Source: an uncultured archaeon (lineage in GTDB: Archaea; Aenigmatarchaeota; Aenigmatarchaeia; QMZP01; QMZT01). Taken from it: DNA of 64,000 bases. Below the pieces are notes generated by a model, which worked only from the letters and a program-made list of their open reading frames with translations, had not been told where the DNA came from and searched no databases. The position numbers were made by a program, and so were the translations under genes. The stretch spans positions 23,428 to 87,427 of the forward strand of contig CAYYKJ010000003.1 in the NCBI GenBank assembly GCA_964441265.1, written 5' to 3'. This document shows positions 8,620 through 17,490 of this stretch, one piece after another (positions within the stretch are counted from its first letter, which is position 1; each line of letters begins with the position of its first letter).

Positions 8620-9918
8620 CTATCCCTTCAGCCTCTTCATCAGTTCCCCGGCCGGGAGCATCTCTTCCCTTCCCGACTTCATGTCCCTGAGCTTGACCTT
8701 GTTTTTCTTCAGCTCCTTCTCCCCCAGAAGGATCACGTAAGGGATTCCCAGGGAATTGGCGTAGCTCAGGTTCTTTGATATTCCCCTTCCCATCAGGTCG
8801 ATTTCGCAGGGTATGCCGCCCTCCCTGATCTTCCCGGCAACCGGAAGGGCCTTTTCGAACGTGTCACCGATAGGGATCACCAGAACCCTGCTGACGGTCC
8901 TACCTTCCCCGGCCCTCTTCTCCAGCTTGAGGGCCTCGAATATGGGCTCTATCCCGAAGGAGACGCCCGTTGCCGGGAAATCTCCCTTACCCAGGTACAT
9001 TCCGATCATCCTGTCGTATCTCCCCCCGCCGGCGAGGGACGAGGTGATCCTGGACTTCCTGAGATAGACCTCGAAGACGGGCCCCGTATAATACTCCAGC
9101 CCTCTCGCCAGGGAGACGTCCAGCTCTATGTTATCTATCCCCATTTTCTTACAGTATCCGAGCAGCTCCTCCAGCTCCCCGATGCCCTCCTTTCCTTCAC
9201 CGCTTTTGACGTATTTCTTTATCTTTGAAAGTATCTCGGAGTTCTTCCCTTTGATCTTCAGAATTTCGAAGACCTTGTCCACCTCTTCCTTCTCAAACCC
9301 CAGCGTCAGTAGCTCCTCGCGTACCCCCATCGTGCCTATCTTCGATAGCTTGTCCACGGCCAGTATGGCCTTCATCTTGTACTCCCCGAACCCGGCGTAA
9401 TCCATTATGCCGTTCAATAACTTTCGGGAGTTGACCTTTATCACGAAATCGAACCCAAGCTCCCTGAATGCAGTATCTACCACCGAAAGTATCTCGGCAT
9501 CCGCGACCATGGACCTTACCCCGACCACGTCGACGTCGCACTGGAGAAACTCCCTGTATCTGCCCAGCTTTATGGGCCCGTCCCTCCAGACCGGCTGTAT
9601 CTGGTAGCGGCGGAATGGCTTGGGGAGGTTGGGATTCATGCCCACCACCTTGCACATGGGGACGGTGAGATCATAACGGAGCCCGAGCTTCCTGTCGCCC
9701 TGGTCACTGAAGCTGAATATCTCCTTCATTATCTCCTCCCCGCCGGCGAACTTGGCCGCCAGAACGTCCATGCGCTCGACCGCAGGGGTCTCCAGCGGGG
9801 AATAGCCGTAGGTCTCGAATATCCTCCGGAGCGTATCCACTATCATTTTCCTGGGGATCTCCTCCTCCGGGAGGAAGTCCCTCACTCCCTTCGCGTTCAT
9901 CAGCCTGACATCTGCCAT
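8620..9918 (-). CDS. hisS: Histidyl-tRNA synthetase
   Basis: 432 aa class II aaRS with HisRS-type motifs (FRRYQIQPVWR, GGGRYD) and a C-terminal anticodon-binding domain. Confidence 0.85.
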   Translation of the reverse strand: MADVRLMNAKGVRDFLPEEEIPRKMIVDTLRRIFETYGYSPLETPAVERMDVLAAKFAGGEEIMKEIFSFSDQGDRKLGLRYDLTVPMCKVVGMNPNLPKPFRRYQIQPVWRDGPIKLGRYREFLQCDVDVVGVRSMVADAEILSVVDTAFRELGFDFVIKVNSRKLLNGIMDYAGFGEYKMKAILAVDKLSKIGTMGVREELLTLGFEKEEVDKVFEILKIKGKNSEILSKIKKYVKSGEGKEGIGELEELLGYCKKMGIDNIELDVSLARGLEYYTGPVFEVYLRKSRITSSLAGGGRYDRMIGMYLGKGDFPATGVSFGIEPIFEALKLEKRAGEGRTVSRVLVIPIGDTFEKALPVAGKIREGGIPCEIDLMGRGISKNLSYANSLGIPYVILLGEKELKKNKVKLRDMKSGREEMLPAGELMKRLKG

Positions 9919-9950
9919 TCTATCACTTTAATATTGTTTTACCTGTTATT

Positions 9951-10661
9951 TTAATTTCCGTCTCCGGACATAACCCGGTTAACCGATGCCTCCGCAAGTA
10001 TTTTTATCGTATTGAGTGTTTTTATTCCGAAATCCTCCTCCTTAACAAGTACAGGCAAATCAGTACATCCAAGTATAATGCATCCCGCCCCTTCTTTCAT
10101 AAATCTTTCAGCGATTTTCATTATTCTTCTTTTATCATCCGGCTCCTTTTCTCCGTTCAGTATTTTCATTATTGCTCCTGAAACCTCTCTCATTTCGTTT
10201 TTATCGGGTTTTACAATTCCTATTCCGTATTTTTCCAGATATTTACCATATAATCCGCTTTTTATCAGCGTTTCAGTCGCCAGCAGACCAACTTTCTTGA
10301 AACCTAAAGACTCTATTTTCTTTTCGGTTTCCTTTATTATATTCAGAACCGGGACGGAAACGGCTCCCTGAATAGAATCGAAAAACAAATTCACGGTATT
10401 GCAGGGAACCGCTATGAAATCCGCTCCCAGCCATTCGAGTTTTTTCGAGGTAACTGACAGCATTTCCCTGATCCTCCCGCTATCATTAATGCCTTTTACT
10501 ATGTCGGGAATTGGGAAATTGCATATCCACATTTCCGGATAATCGGAATCGTATTTGGCTCCGTATTCCTCCTGGAATATCCTTATTATTTCCTTGTAGA
10601 ACATTACAGTGGATTCCGGTCCCATTCCTCCGATAATTCCGATTTTTTTCATCCGGATCAT
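9951..10661 (-). CDS. Aspartate/glutamate racemase family protein
   Basis: 236 aa with MKKIGIIGGMGPEST and two conserved Cys regions typical of Asp/Glu racemases. Confidence 0.75.
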   Translation of the reverse strand: MIRMKKIGIIGGMGPESTVMFYKEIIRIFQEEYGAKYDSDYPEMWICNFPIPDIVKGINDSGRIREMLSVTSKKLEWLGADFIAVPCNTVNLFFDSIQGAVSVPVLNIIKETEKKIESLGFKKVGLLATETLIKSGLYGKYLEKYGIGIVKPDKNEMREVSGAIMKILNGEKEPDDKRRIMKIAERFMKEGAGCIILGCTDLPVLVKEEDFGIKTLNTIKILAEASVNRVMSGDGN

Positions 10662-10894
10662 CCCCCAGTCTCACAATGTCGGATACCTTCCCCGAAATTC
10701 TCGGGAACGAGGATCAGGCAGTTTTCCTTCAGGTTGAAAACAAGACTTATATCTGACTCTTTACCCATGTTAAAGTTCTTCCGTATTTCCGAGGGTATCG
10801 AAATCCTCCCTTTGGAGTCTATTCTTACTTTCCTGGATTTGAACTCTTTTCCAAAAATAGTCTCAGGGCTGACATTGGAGATGAACTGCATCAC
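10658..10894 (-). CDS. AbrB/SpoVT/MazE-family swapped-hairpin DNA-binding protein
   Basis: KVRIDSKGRISIPSEIRKNFNM is a SpoVT/AbrB-like motif. 78 aa, overlaps the racemase start by 4 nt. Confidence 0.5.
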   Translation of the reverse strand: MMQFISNVSPETIFGKEFKSRKVRIDSKGRISIPSEIRKNFNMGKESDISLVFNLKENCLILVPENFGEGIRHCETGG

Positions 10895-11043
10895 CGATGA
10901 ACGTATTCACCCTTCATCTTGATCACTTAAAGATAGTCATTTAATGTTATATAAAGATTCGGTGGGACGGAGGAGATTTTATTTCTGGGAACCGGGAAAA
11001 TATAATAAATTCTTATTTAAATTCTTATTTACTATCAATATTC

Positions 11044-11664
11044 ATGTTCGCAATAATCGCTCTTGGGGACAGCATCACCTTCGGGAAGGGGGCTGAACCG
11101 GGGAAGGGATGGGCCGACCGGATGAGGGCATTTTTCGAGCCGAAGGGGGAAAACAACGCGCTTTATAATCTGGGGATTCCCGGAAATTCTTCGACGGAAC
11201 TGCTGGAGAGGGCCGGGAAGGAGCTGGAGGCAAGGGTAAGTTACGTTTATCCGGAAGACAGATTCGTCATACTCATCGCGATCGGCACGAACGACTCGAG
11301 GGGACTGGGGAGCCCGGAAAACATCCAGACAAAACCGGAAAAATACAGGGAGAACATCGAAAGGATAATTGATCTCGCGAAGGATCACACAGAGCACGTC
11401 GTCCTCATAGGGCTGACCCCGGCCGATGAAGGTCTCATGCCTTTCGAGGACACGTATTTCAACAAACAGACAATCGAAAAATTCAACGGAATCCTGAAAG
11501 GCATCGCAAAGGACAAGGATGTCCCGTACTGCGAAATATACGAAGAATTCTCCCGGAATGATCACAGGAAACTGCTCGCGGACGGGCTGCACCCGAATAA
11601 TAAGGGCCACGAACTGATTTACGAAAAAATCAGGGATTTTCTGAACACTGAAAGACTTATGTAA
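11044..11664 (+). CDS. SGNH/GDSL hydrolase family protein
   Basis: N-terminal IIALGDSITFG (GDSL block I), a GxND block, and a C-terminal DGLHP block. The overlapping minus-strand ORF is judged spurious. Confidence 0.7.
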   Translation: MFAIIALGDSITFGKGAEPGKGWADRMRAFFEPKGENNALYNLGIPGNSSTELLERAGKELEARVSYVYPEDRFVILIAIGTNDSRGLGSPENIQTKPEKYRENIERIIDLAKDHTEHVVLIGLTPADEGLMPFEDTYFNKQTIEKFNGILKGIAKDKDVPYCEIYEEFSRNDHRKLLADGLHPNNKGHELIYEKIRDFLNTERLM

Positions 11665-11681
11665 ACACCTTCCGCCCGGAC

Positions 11682-12290
11682 TCACACCTTTATCTCCTTC
11701 ACCGATCTCTTCGGGAGGGTGACCATGTATGCCCTCCTCCTCTCCACCACGGCGGCGTTGATGAAAAGCGTCCTGCCGTGCTCCAGCACCCCCGCTGATT
11801 CGTGGATGTGGCCGAAGACGTGGAGTACCGGGCCCTTGGTCTCGGCGAACTCCCGGAACTCGAGGAGTCCTGCATTGTTCCCGAAAAAGGACAGGTCCAG
11901 TATCCCGTAGGGCGGCTCGTGGGTGATCAGGATCAGTTTCTTGGGGTCGATATCCTTGGTTATCTCATACATTTCCTTGCCCAGGAAATACCTGGAGTCC
12001 ACCCCCAGGAAATGGTATCCTCCGTATTCCTCCATCATGTTGTTCATTACGGTGACCTTCCCGTTTTTGGTCTTCAGGTTCACGTCCCAGTTCCCGTGGA
12101 CGAAGAATGTCTTTATGTTCGCTCTGTCGAATGCTTTCCTGGCGTCCCCCCTGTCCATGAAGTCGCCGGCGTTGATCAGGACGTCAGGCTTGTGCTTTTT
12201 CACGGCGGATTCTATGTTCTCCCATATCTCCTTCTCCTGGTGGATGTCCGCGACGCAGAGTATTTTCAGTGCCATTTTCAACAACTTCAC
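11682..12290 (-). CDS. Calcineurin-like metallophosphoesterase
   Basis: ILCVADIH...GDFMDRG...GNWD...HEPP...GHIH metallophosphoesterase motifs. Confidence 0.75.
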   Translation of the reverse strand: MKLLKMALKILCVADIHQEKEIWENIESAVKKHKPDVLINAGDFMDRGDARKAFDRANIKTFFVHGNWDVNLKTKNGKVTVMNNMMEEYGGYHFLGVDSRYFLGKEMYEITKDIDPKKLILITHEPPYGILDLSFFGNNAGLLEFREFAETKGPVLHVFGHIHESAGVLEHGRTLFINAAVVERRRAYMVTLPKRSVKEIKV

Positions 12291-12502
12291 AGGTTTTTAT
12301 CAATGAGGCCGTCCAGAAGATCGGACATGATCTCTCCCTTCTCCTTCGAACTCCTTTTTAACTTATTCACATTCGCTCTTTTTAAGGTAAAGCTGCGCCT
12401 GATCTTTTCCAGGGGGAACTCCCCTGTCCTTTCGTATTCCTCCAGCATATCCGTATATTTCTTGTTCTCTCTCATTATTCTCTCAATGTCCTTCAATCGC
12501 AT
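12287..12502 (-). CDS. Small hypothetical protein immediately downstream of the Doc-like gene (possible partner)
   Basis: 71 aa, no recognisable motif. A 4-nt overlap with the metallophosphoesterase start suggests co-transcription. Confidence 0.3.
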   Translation of the reverse strand: MRLKDIERIMRENKKYTDMLEEYERTGEFPLEKIRRSFTLKRANVNKLKRSSKEKGEIMSDLLDGLIDKNL

Positions 12503-12525
12503 ACCTCACCAACCTCTCTATTCTG

Positions 12526-12804
12526 TTAATCTCGGTTATGTTTTCGGATGATATTTTCGTTTGCGGCCATCTTGGAATTTCCAAGAATGGTCAGTGCAAC
12601 CACAAGCGCCGTTCTTTTGTTAACATCCGTGAATGGGTGTCCCGAGAGTATGGACCTCCACAAATATGCAATCTTCCTGTATACTGACTTTCCTTTGCCC
12701 GTATCCAAAGCAGTTTCGATTTCCGCATCGGTTCTCAGACTCCCGCCGTATTTATCGTTTATCCATTTTATTCTTTCCTTTCCTATGACATATTCCGAAT
12801 TCAT
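12526..12804 (-). CDS. Fic/Doc-family protein (Doc toxin-like)
   Basis: GHPFTDVNKRTALVVALTIL matches the Doc-type H-x-F-x-D-x-N-K-R motif. At 92 aa it is shorter than P1 Doc. Confidence 0.6.
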   Translation of the reverse strand: MNSEYVIGKERIKWINDKYGGSLRTDAEIETALDTGKGKSVYRKIAYLWRSILSGHPFTDVNKRTALVVALTILGNSKMAANENIIRKHNRD

Positions 12805-12847
12805 ATGTATTATTTTGTAGATTTCCGAACACGGAGGTATCGAAAAA

Positions 12848-14008
12848 TCATGCCAAAAGCTCTTCCGAGGTCATGCAGAAAATCTTGGCGAGGTCGAGCA
12901 GATCCCGGACATCCACGCATTCATTGGCCTTGTGGGCCATTTCCTTTCCCGGGGAAAACATCGCTGTTACTATCCCGTGCTCTGCGAGGGGCTTGGCGAC
13001 CGTCGTGGCGGGAGAACCGTACGTCTCCGGTGTGATTCCCCTCACTTTATTGAAGCTCTTCCGAAGGGAACTTACAAGCTCGTTCTTCCTTTTTTGTATG
13101 AATGGTCTCTGGTCATCTATGATCTCTGTCTCGAACCTGGCATTTTTGTTCCTCTTTTTGACCCTCTCCAGCATCCCCTTCACGTCCTTCAATATCTTTT
13201 CCATGTTCATGGAGGGAAGGTAGCGGAAATCTATGGCGCACTCACACCTGGCGGGGACAGTGTTCACCGAGGATCCTCCCTTTATGGTACCTATGTTCCT
13301 GGTGGGGTCCGAGAACATCGGATTCGGGCTGTAGTTGTATCTGTACTTCCTGAATTCTTGCAGAAAATCCAGCATGTTCTCGATGGCGTTGACCCCCTTG
13401 TGGGGCCTTGAGCCGTGCGCCTGCTTCCCGTGGGAGATGACCCTGAGGAAGAGCAGCCCCTTCTCTCCGACGGATATCCTCTTCATGTCCGTTTCCACGT
13501 CAGGGACTATTGCATAATCCCCGGATATCTTCTTTTCGTCCAGGAGATATCTCAGTCCAAATTTAGATCCCAGCTCTTCATCAGCAACGCAGGCAATCAC
13601 CAGGGATCCCTTCATCTCCCTTTCCATGGATTTCATGATCTTGCCGCAGATCAGGGCAGAGGCCAGCTGACCCTTGTTGTCCATGACCCCCCTCCCGAAG
13701 GCCTTCCCGTCCCTGACGACCATTCTGAAGGGATCGGTCTTCCAGCCCTCTCCCGGAGGGACGACATCCATGTGAACCGCTATTATCACGGAAGGATTAC
13801 CCTTTCCTATGTATCCTATGACGTTCGTTCTTCCCTTCTCCCTCTCGAAAACTCGGTACCTGATGCCATTTTCCCGGAAAAAGCGCTTTATCACCTCCGC
13901 GGCCATGTGTTCGTTGCCGGGAGGGTTGGTGGTGTCCTTTTCCACCAGTTTGCCCAGAACCGATAAAAGTTCGTTCTTCTCCTTTTCGACATCAGCAGAA
14001 AAATCCAT
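12848..14008 (-). CDS. M20 family metallopeptidase (ArgE/DapE-like deacylase)
   Basis: HMDVVPPGEGW, GRGVMDNKGQ and DEELGS motifs. 386 aa. Confidence 0.75.
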   Translation of the reverse strand: MDFSADVEKEKNELLSVLGKLVEKDTTNPPGNEHMAAEVIKRFFRENGIRYRVFEREKGRTNVIGYIGKGNPSVIIAVHMDVVPPGEGWKTDPFRMVVRDGKAFGRGVMDNKGQLASALICGKIMKSMEREMKGSLVIACVADEELGSKFGLRYLLDEKKISGDYAIVPDVETDMKRISVGEKGLLFLRVISHGKQAHGSRPHKGVNAIENMLDFLQEFRKYRYNYSPNPMFSDPTRNIGTIKGGSSVNTVPARCECAIDFRYLPSMNMEKILKDVKGMLERVKKRNKNARFETEIIDDQRPFIQKRKNELVSSLRKSFNKVRGITPETYGSPATTVAKPLAEHGIVTAMFSPGKEMAHKANECVDVRDLLDLAKIFCMTSEELLA

Positions 14009-14041
14009 AATAAATTTTAAACCCGCATCTAATTAATTGTT

Positions 14042-14458
14042 ATGATCGAGCACGAGACCATCCGGGTCTCCACCAGGGGGCACTGCGATATAATAAACAT
14101 AACACCCCAGGTGGAGGGAATCCTCTCCAAATCCAAGATCAAGGAAGGTCTGGTAAACGTATTCATCTCCGGTTCCACCGCCTCCGTATCGACCATAGAG
14201 TACGAGCCCAATCTGGTGAAGGACATGCAGGAGGCACTGGAGAAGATCGCCCCGGAGGACAAGGCGTACCACCACAAGGAGACCTGGAACGACGACAACG
14301 GATTCTCCCACGTGAGGGCGACACTGATGAAGCCCGGAATCACGGTGCCCTTCAGGAACAAAAAACCCTTACTGGGGACATGGCAGCAGATCGCCTTCCT
14401 GGATTTCGACAACAGACCCAGGGACAGGGAGATAAAGGTGACTGTGAGCGGGGAATGA
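14042..14458 (+). CDS. YjbQ/UPF0047 family protein
   Basis: 138 aa with GHCDIINIT...FISGSTASVST...HHKETWNDDNGFSHVRATL, typical of the YjbQ family. Confidence 0.7.
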   Translation: MIEHETIRVSTRGHCDIINITPQVEGILSKSKIKEGLVNVFISGSTASVSTIEYEPNLVKDMQEALEKIAPEDKAYHHKETWNDDNGFSHVRATLMKPGITVPFRNKKPLLGTWQQIAFLDFDNRPRDREIKVTVSGE

Positions 14459-14460
14459 AG

Positions 14461-15270
14461 TCATTCCGAATACTTCCACAGGAGATTGAACCATTTGACG
14501 TAGGAATCCGCGATTTTCCTGTTTATTATCATGAAACAGGTAGGATTGTCGCCATCCCACAGGACGTTCACTACCCTGTCGGCATAGATGTTGATTATGG
14601 CAGGCGTGGAGAACTCCTTCGGCAGGAACTTCACTTCCATGAGTTTGAGTCTGGATATGTTCTTCCCCTTCACCTCGTGATCGTACAAAACCCTCCATTT
14701 GATGTTGTTCTTTATCCTCTCCCGGTTGAAGCCGGGGAAGAAGTATTTCAGGAATCTGTCCTCCTTCCCCACTCCCCCTATCAGGTATATGTCCTCCCCC
14801 TGCCGTAGTATGTCCCTCCGTACTGCCTTGAACCCATCCTTCCCCGCAAAAACGTGCGCCTCTGAGCGGTGTCTCCTGGCAGACGGCATTTTCTCGAGTT
14901 CGGGTATGATTTTTTTGATCTTTTTCTTCTTTTCCTCCAGCTTCTCCTTCTCCTCCTCGATGTATAACACAAGATTGTTGGGATCGGACGCCTCGAAGAA
15001 TTTGACGTTTTTCACTATCACGTATGAAACCAGTCCCTTGTCGGAAAGCTTGTTCACCGCCTCGTACACCCTGCTCCGGTGAAGCCCGACCTCCTTGGTC
15101 AGCTCGCCTATCTTCGTGGATCCCGTCCGTATCAGCGCCAGATATACCTCGACCTCGCTCTTTGTGAGGTTGGTGTTTTCGAGCACGCCCGGACTGAGGG
15201 GCAGTTCTTCGGATTCCATGACCATTAAAGGCGACAAATCTTGGATCCTTCGATTCCATGCTTTTTTCAA
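14461..15270 (-). CDS. TrmB-family transcriptional regulator
   Basis: N-terminal wHTH LTKSEVEVYLALIRTGSTKIGELTKEVGLHRSRVYEAVNKLSDKGLV, a coiled-coil linker, and a C-terminal TrmB-like sugar-sensor domain. Confidence 0.65.
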   Translation of the reverse strand: MKKAWNRRIQDLSPLMVMESEELPLSPGVLENTNLTKSEVEVYLALIRTGSTKIGELTKEVGLHRSRVYEAVNKLSDKGLVSYVIVKNVKFFEASDPNNLVLYIEEEKEKLEEKKKKIKKIIPELEKMPSARRHRSEAHVFAGKDGFKAVRRDILRQGEDIYLIGGVGKEDRFLKYFFPGFNRERIKNNIKWRVLYDHEVKGKNISRLKLMEVKFLPKEFSTPAIINIYADRVVNVLWDGDNPTCFMIINRKIADSYVKWFNLLWKYSE

Positions 15271-15411
15271 AATGGGATCTCGTCACGTTATTTCCTTTGA
15301 GCGTCAGCGGTTTTATGCCATTCTTTTCAGCTTTTTTAATAATTTTTCTGCTCCATCTGCTTGCATACTGAACGGTGGAATCAGAATTGGGTAACGTTAT
15401 CAACATGTTCT

Positions 15412-15779
15412 TCACTGTTTTTTAAATGATCTCAAATAAGAAAGCTGCATTTCGATTATACTTTCCCCTATGGAATCACCTTTCCTGACGTGTTCTATTA
15501 ACTCGTCCCTGCTCATCGGCTTGCCTGAAAATCCAATAGAAAGCAAAGCGTTATCGGGTATTGCCCTCAGACGGGCGATAACAAGCTCGATCTCGTCTTT
15601 CCCCATATTGATCATATTATCCCAAGTTTTATAAGTTTTTCAATTATTTTCTTTCCCTTCTCAGTTTTGTGATTGATTTCCTTATACGCGACGTTCCAGC
15701 TAACGGGTTCTCCGTCGATGACAACTACTATTTCCTGCCTTGTCTTTAATGGCAAATTAGAATAAACCCGCATGAACCT
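15412..15779 (-). CDS. Two small overlapping ORFs of 54 aa and 67 aa. The upstream ORF's stop (ATAATATGA) overlaps the downstream ATG. Function unknown.
   Basis: Upstream ORF MRVYSNLPLKTRQEIVVVIDGEPVSWNVAYKEINHKTEKGKKIIEKLIKLGII (15618..15779). Downstream ORF MINMGKDEIELVIARLRAIPDNALLSIGFSGKPMSRDELIEHVRKGDSIGESIIEMQLSYLRSFKKQ (15412..15615). Confidence 0.3.
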
Positions 15780-15861
15780 TGACGTGCTCATATCAAACCA
15801 CAGGGATTCCTGTAATATATAATTATCACCGGTGTGATAAAAAGTTGTTCGTGTTTCTTTG

Positions 15862-16278
15862 TTATCCGTCCAGAATATCCATTACGTCGTCTTTCATCTT
15901 CTTCAGAAGATGGATTTTAAGGCCCTTCTCGATCCTCCTGAGCGTCTTGTCGTCCGGGCGGAAACCCTGGGACTCGATCCTCCTGAGCACTGATTCCTGT
16001 ATGCCGATCTTACTGGCAGCGTCCTTCTGCCTGAGACCGAGCTTTTCCCTGGCGCACCTGACCCTTCCGGCCAGATCGGAGACCACTTCCCTCTCCTCTA
16101 TTTCGGGGATGAAATCCCCCTTCGGGACATGGTGGGGGACATTGACCCCCCTCCTTTGTATCTCCTCGCCCAGGGAGGAGCATTCACTGCACACCTCAAG
16201 CTCGCTCCTGCCCATCCTGATCCTCCGGGTTTCAGAAACCTCTTTCCCGCAAATCTCGCACTCGGGCATGCCAATCAC
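15862..16278 (-). CDS. mbf1: Archaeal multiprotein-bridging factor 1 (Zn-ribbon plus HTH XRE)
   Basis: N-terminal CEICGKE...CSEC zinc ribbon and a C-terminal HTH LRQKDAASKIGIQESVLRRIE. Confidence 0.7.
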   Translation of the reverse strand: MIGMPECEICGKEVSETRRIRMGRSELEVCSECSSLGEEIQRRGVNVPHHVPKGDFIPEIEEREVVSDLAGRVRCAREKLGLRQKDAASKIGIQESVLRRIESQGFRPDDKTLRRIEKGLKIHLLKKMKDDVMDILDG

Positions 16279-16292
16279 TCAGAATTCTATAA

Positions 16293-17429
16293 TCAAAATA
16301 TGGTCATGTTGACCTCGGATATGTCCCAGCTACCGCTTCCCATGAAGGAGACGGTATTGCCCCCTTCAACGAGGTCGGATTTCTCGAAGGAAACCGTGTT
16401 GTTACCCTCCCTCACCGACTGGACACCCATCTCGTTGCCGTTGATCCTTATCTTCAGTATACCGTCCTTGTGTATCTCATCGACTATGAAGATTATGTTT
16501 CCCTCTGTGAAAGCGTCCATGTCTTCCTGCGTGACCTGGAAATCCTTCTCCTGCACCACGTCGTTGGTGGAGAGGTAAAGCTCAAGAACCGCGTTGTCCA
16601 CGGCGAAAACGTCGTTGGACTTGAAGGCGAGTATGTTATTCCCCACCTTCATTGTGTCGGAGATGTCCGAGTATTCGAGCTCTATGGTCTCCAGGTTCTC
16701 GGGATCGGTCTCGCTGTATATCTCCCTGCCGTTAAGGAGTATGGTCATTTTACCCTCCTGGCTGGTGGTGGTGTAGAATTTCAGCCTCCCCATATCCCAT
16801 GACTCCAGCTCGTTGGAATATATGTCGAAAGCGAGCAGCTTCTCCGGTCCGTATTCCGCGGTGACCTCCATGTCGTCCAGGGTGTACATGGTGTTCCAGC
16901 CCCAGCAGGTGATGGGCGGGGTACCTCCCAGGAACTCCAGGGTGTTGGAGGTCTTTACGTAATCGGGTTCCACGGCCACGTCGTAATGATAAAGCTTGGG
17001 GACCTTGCTGAAGAACGACCTGTCGTTCCACCTCATTATCAGGTTGGAACACTCGGACATCTTGCCCGGATCGTCGTTTATGTTGAATCCCACGTTCACC
17101 TTCCTGAGGCCGCTCAGTATTCCCTGGTCCACGTCAATCCTGAATTTCTTGGAGTCCTCTCCCCCCAGAAGGGAAGTGCTCACGGTGAAAGAGGGCATGG
17201 TCTCAAGGGTCTGGGTGTTGGTCTCCCCCACGGCGAAGGATCCGAAGGTTATGGTCCTGGAGACCTCGTCGGCCTCGGCCAGCCCCACCCTTCCCAGGGA
17301 TTCGAAGTGGGCGATCTGGTTGTCCGCCGGCTGGAGCACGCCCGTCCACTCCCCGAGGGGGATACCTACGAGGAGCATGACCCCCACTATAACAATCCCG
17401 GCTATCAGGACCAGAAGGAATTCGTCCAT
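16293..17429 (-). CDS. Membrane-anchored extracellular protein of unknown function
   Basis: N-terminal TM segment LLVLIAGIVIVGVMLLVGI, then 350 aa of acidic, Thr/Ser/Asn-rich sequence with no recognisable catalytic motif. Confidence 0.45.
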   Translation of the reverse strand: MDEFLLVLIAGIVIVGVMLLVGIPLGEWTGVLQPADNQIAHFESLGRVGLAEADEVSRTITFGSFAVGETNTQTLETMPSFTVSTSLLGGEDSKKFRIDVDQGILSGLRKVNVGFNINDDPGKMSECSNLIMRWNDRSFFSKVPKLYHYDVAVEPDYVKTSNTLEFLGGTPPITCWGWNTMYTLDDMEVTAEYGPEKLLAFDIYSNELESWDMGRLKFYTTTSQEGKMTILLNGREIYSETDPENLETIELEYSDISDTMKVGNNILAFKSNDVFAVDNAVLELYLSTNDVVQEKDFQVTQEDMDAFTEGNIIFIVDEIHKDGILKIRINGNEMGVQSVREGNNTVSFEKSDLVEGGNTVSFMGSGSWDISEVNMTIF

Positions 17430-17490
17430 ATTTAATTTATCTCGGAGCTAAATTTTATATGTATAGGTTAAACAAGGCATAAAACCGGAT

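Noticed and set aside
11035-11685. The 216-aa minus-strand ORF fully overlapping the GDSL hydrolase gene
   Set aside because: It is antisense to a well-supported gene with clear GDSL blocks, is Arg/Pro-rich, and has no motif. It is a typical shadow ORF. The same reasoning applies to 1975..2667(-), 2290..2889(+), 9293..9655(-), 14369..15415(-), 16750..17052(-), 20213..20566(-), 23399..23893(-), 28268..29086(-), 43269..43838(-), 48233..48955(+), 51902..52369(-) and 55376..55975(+).
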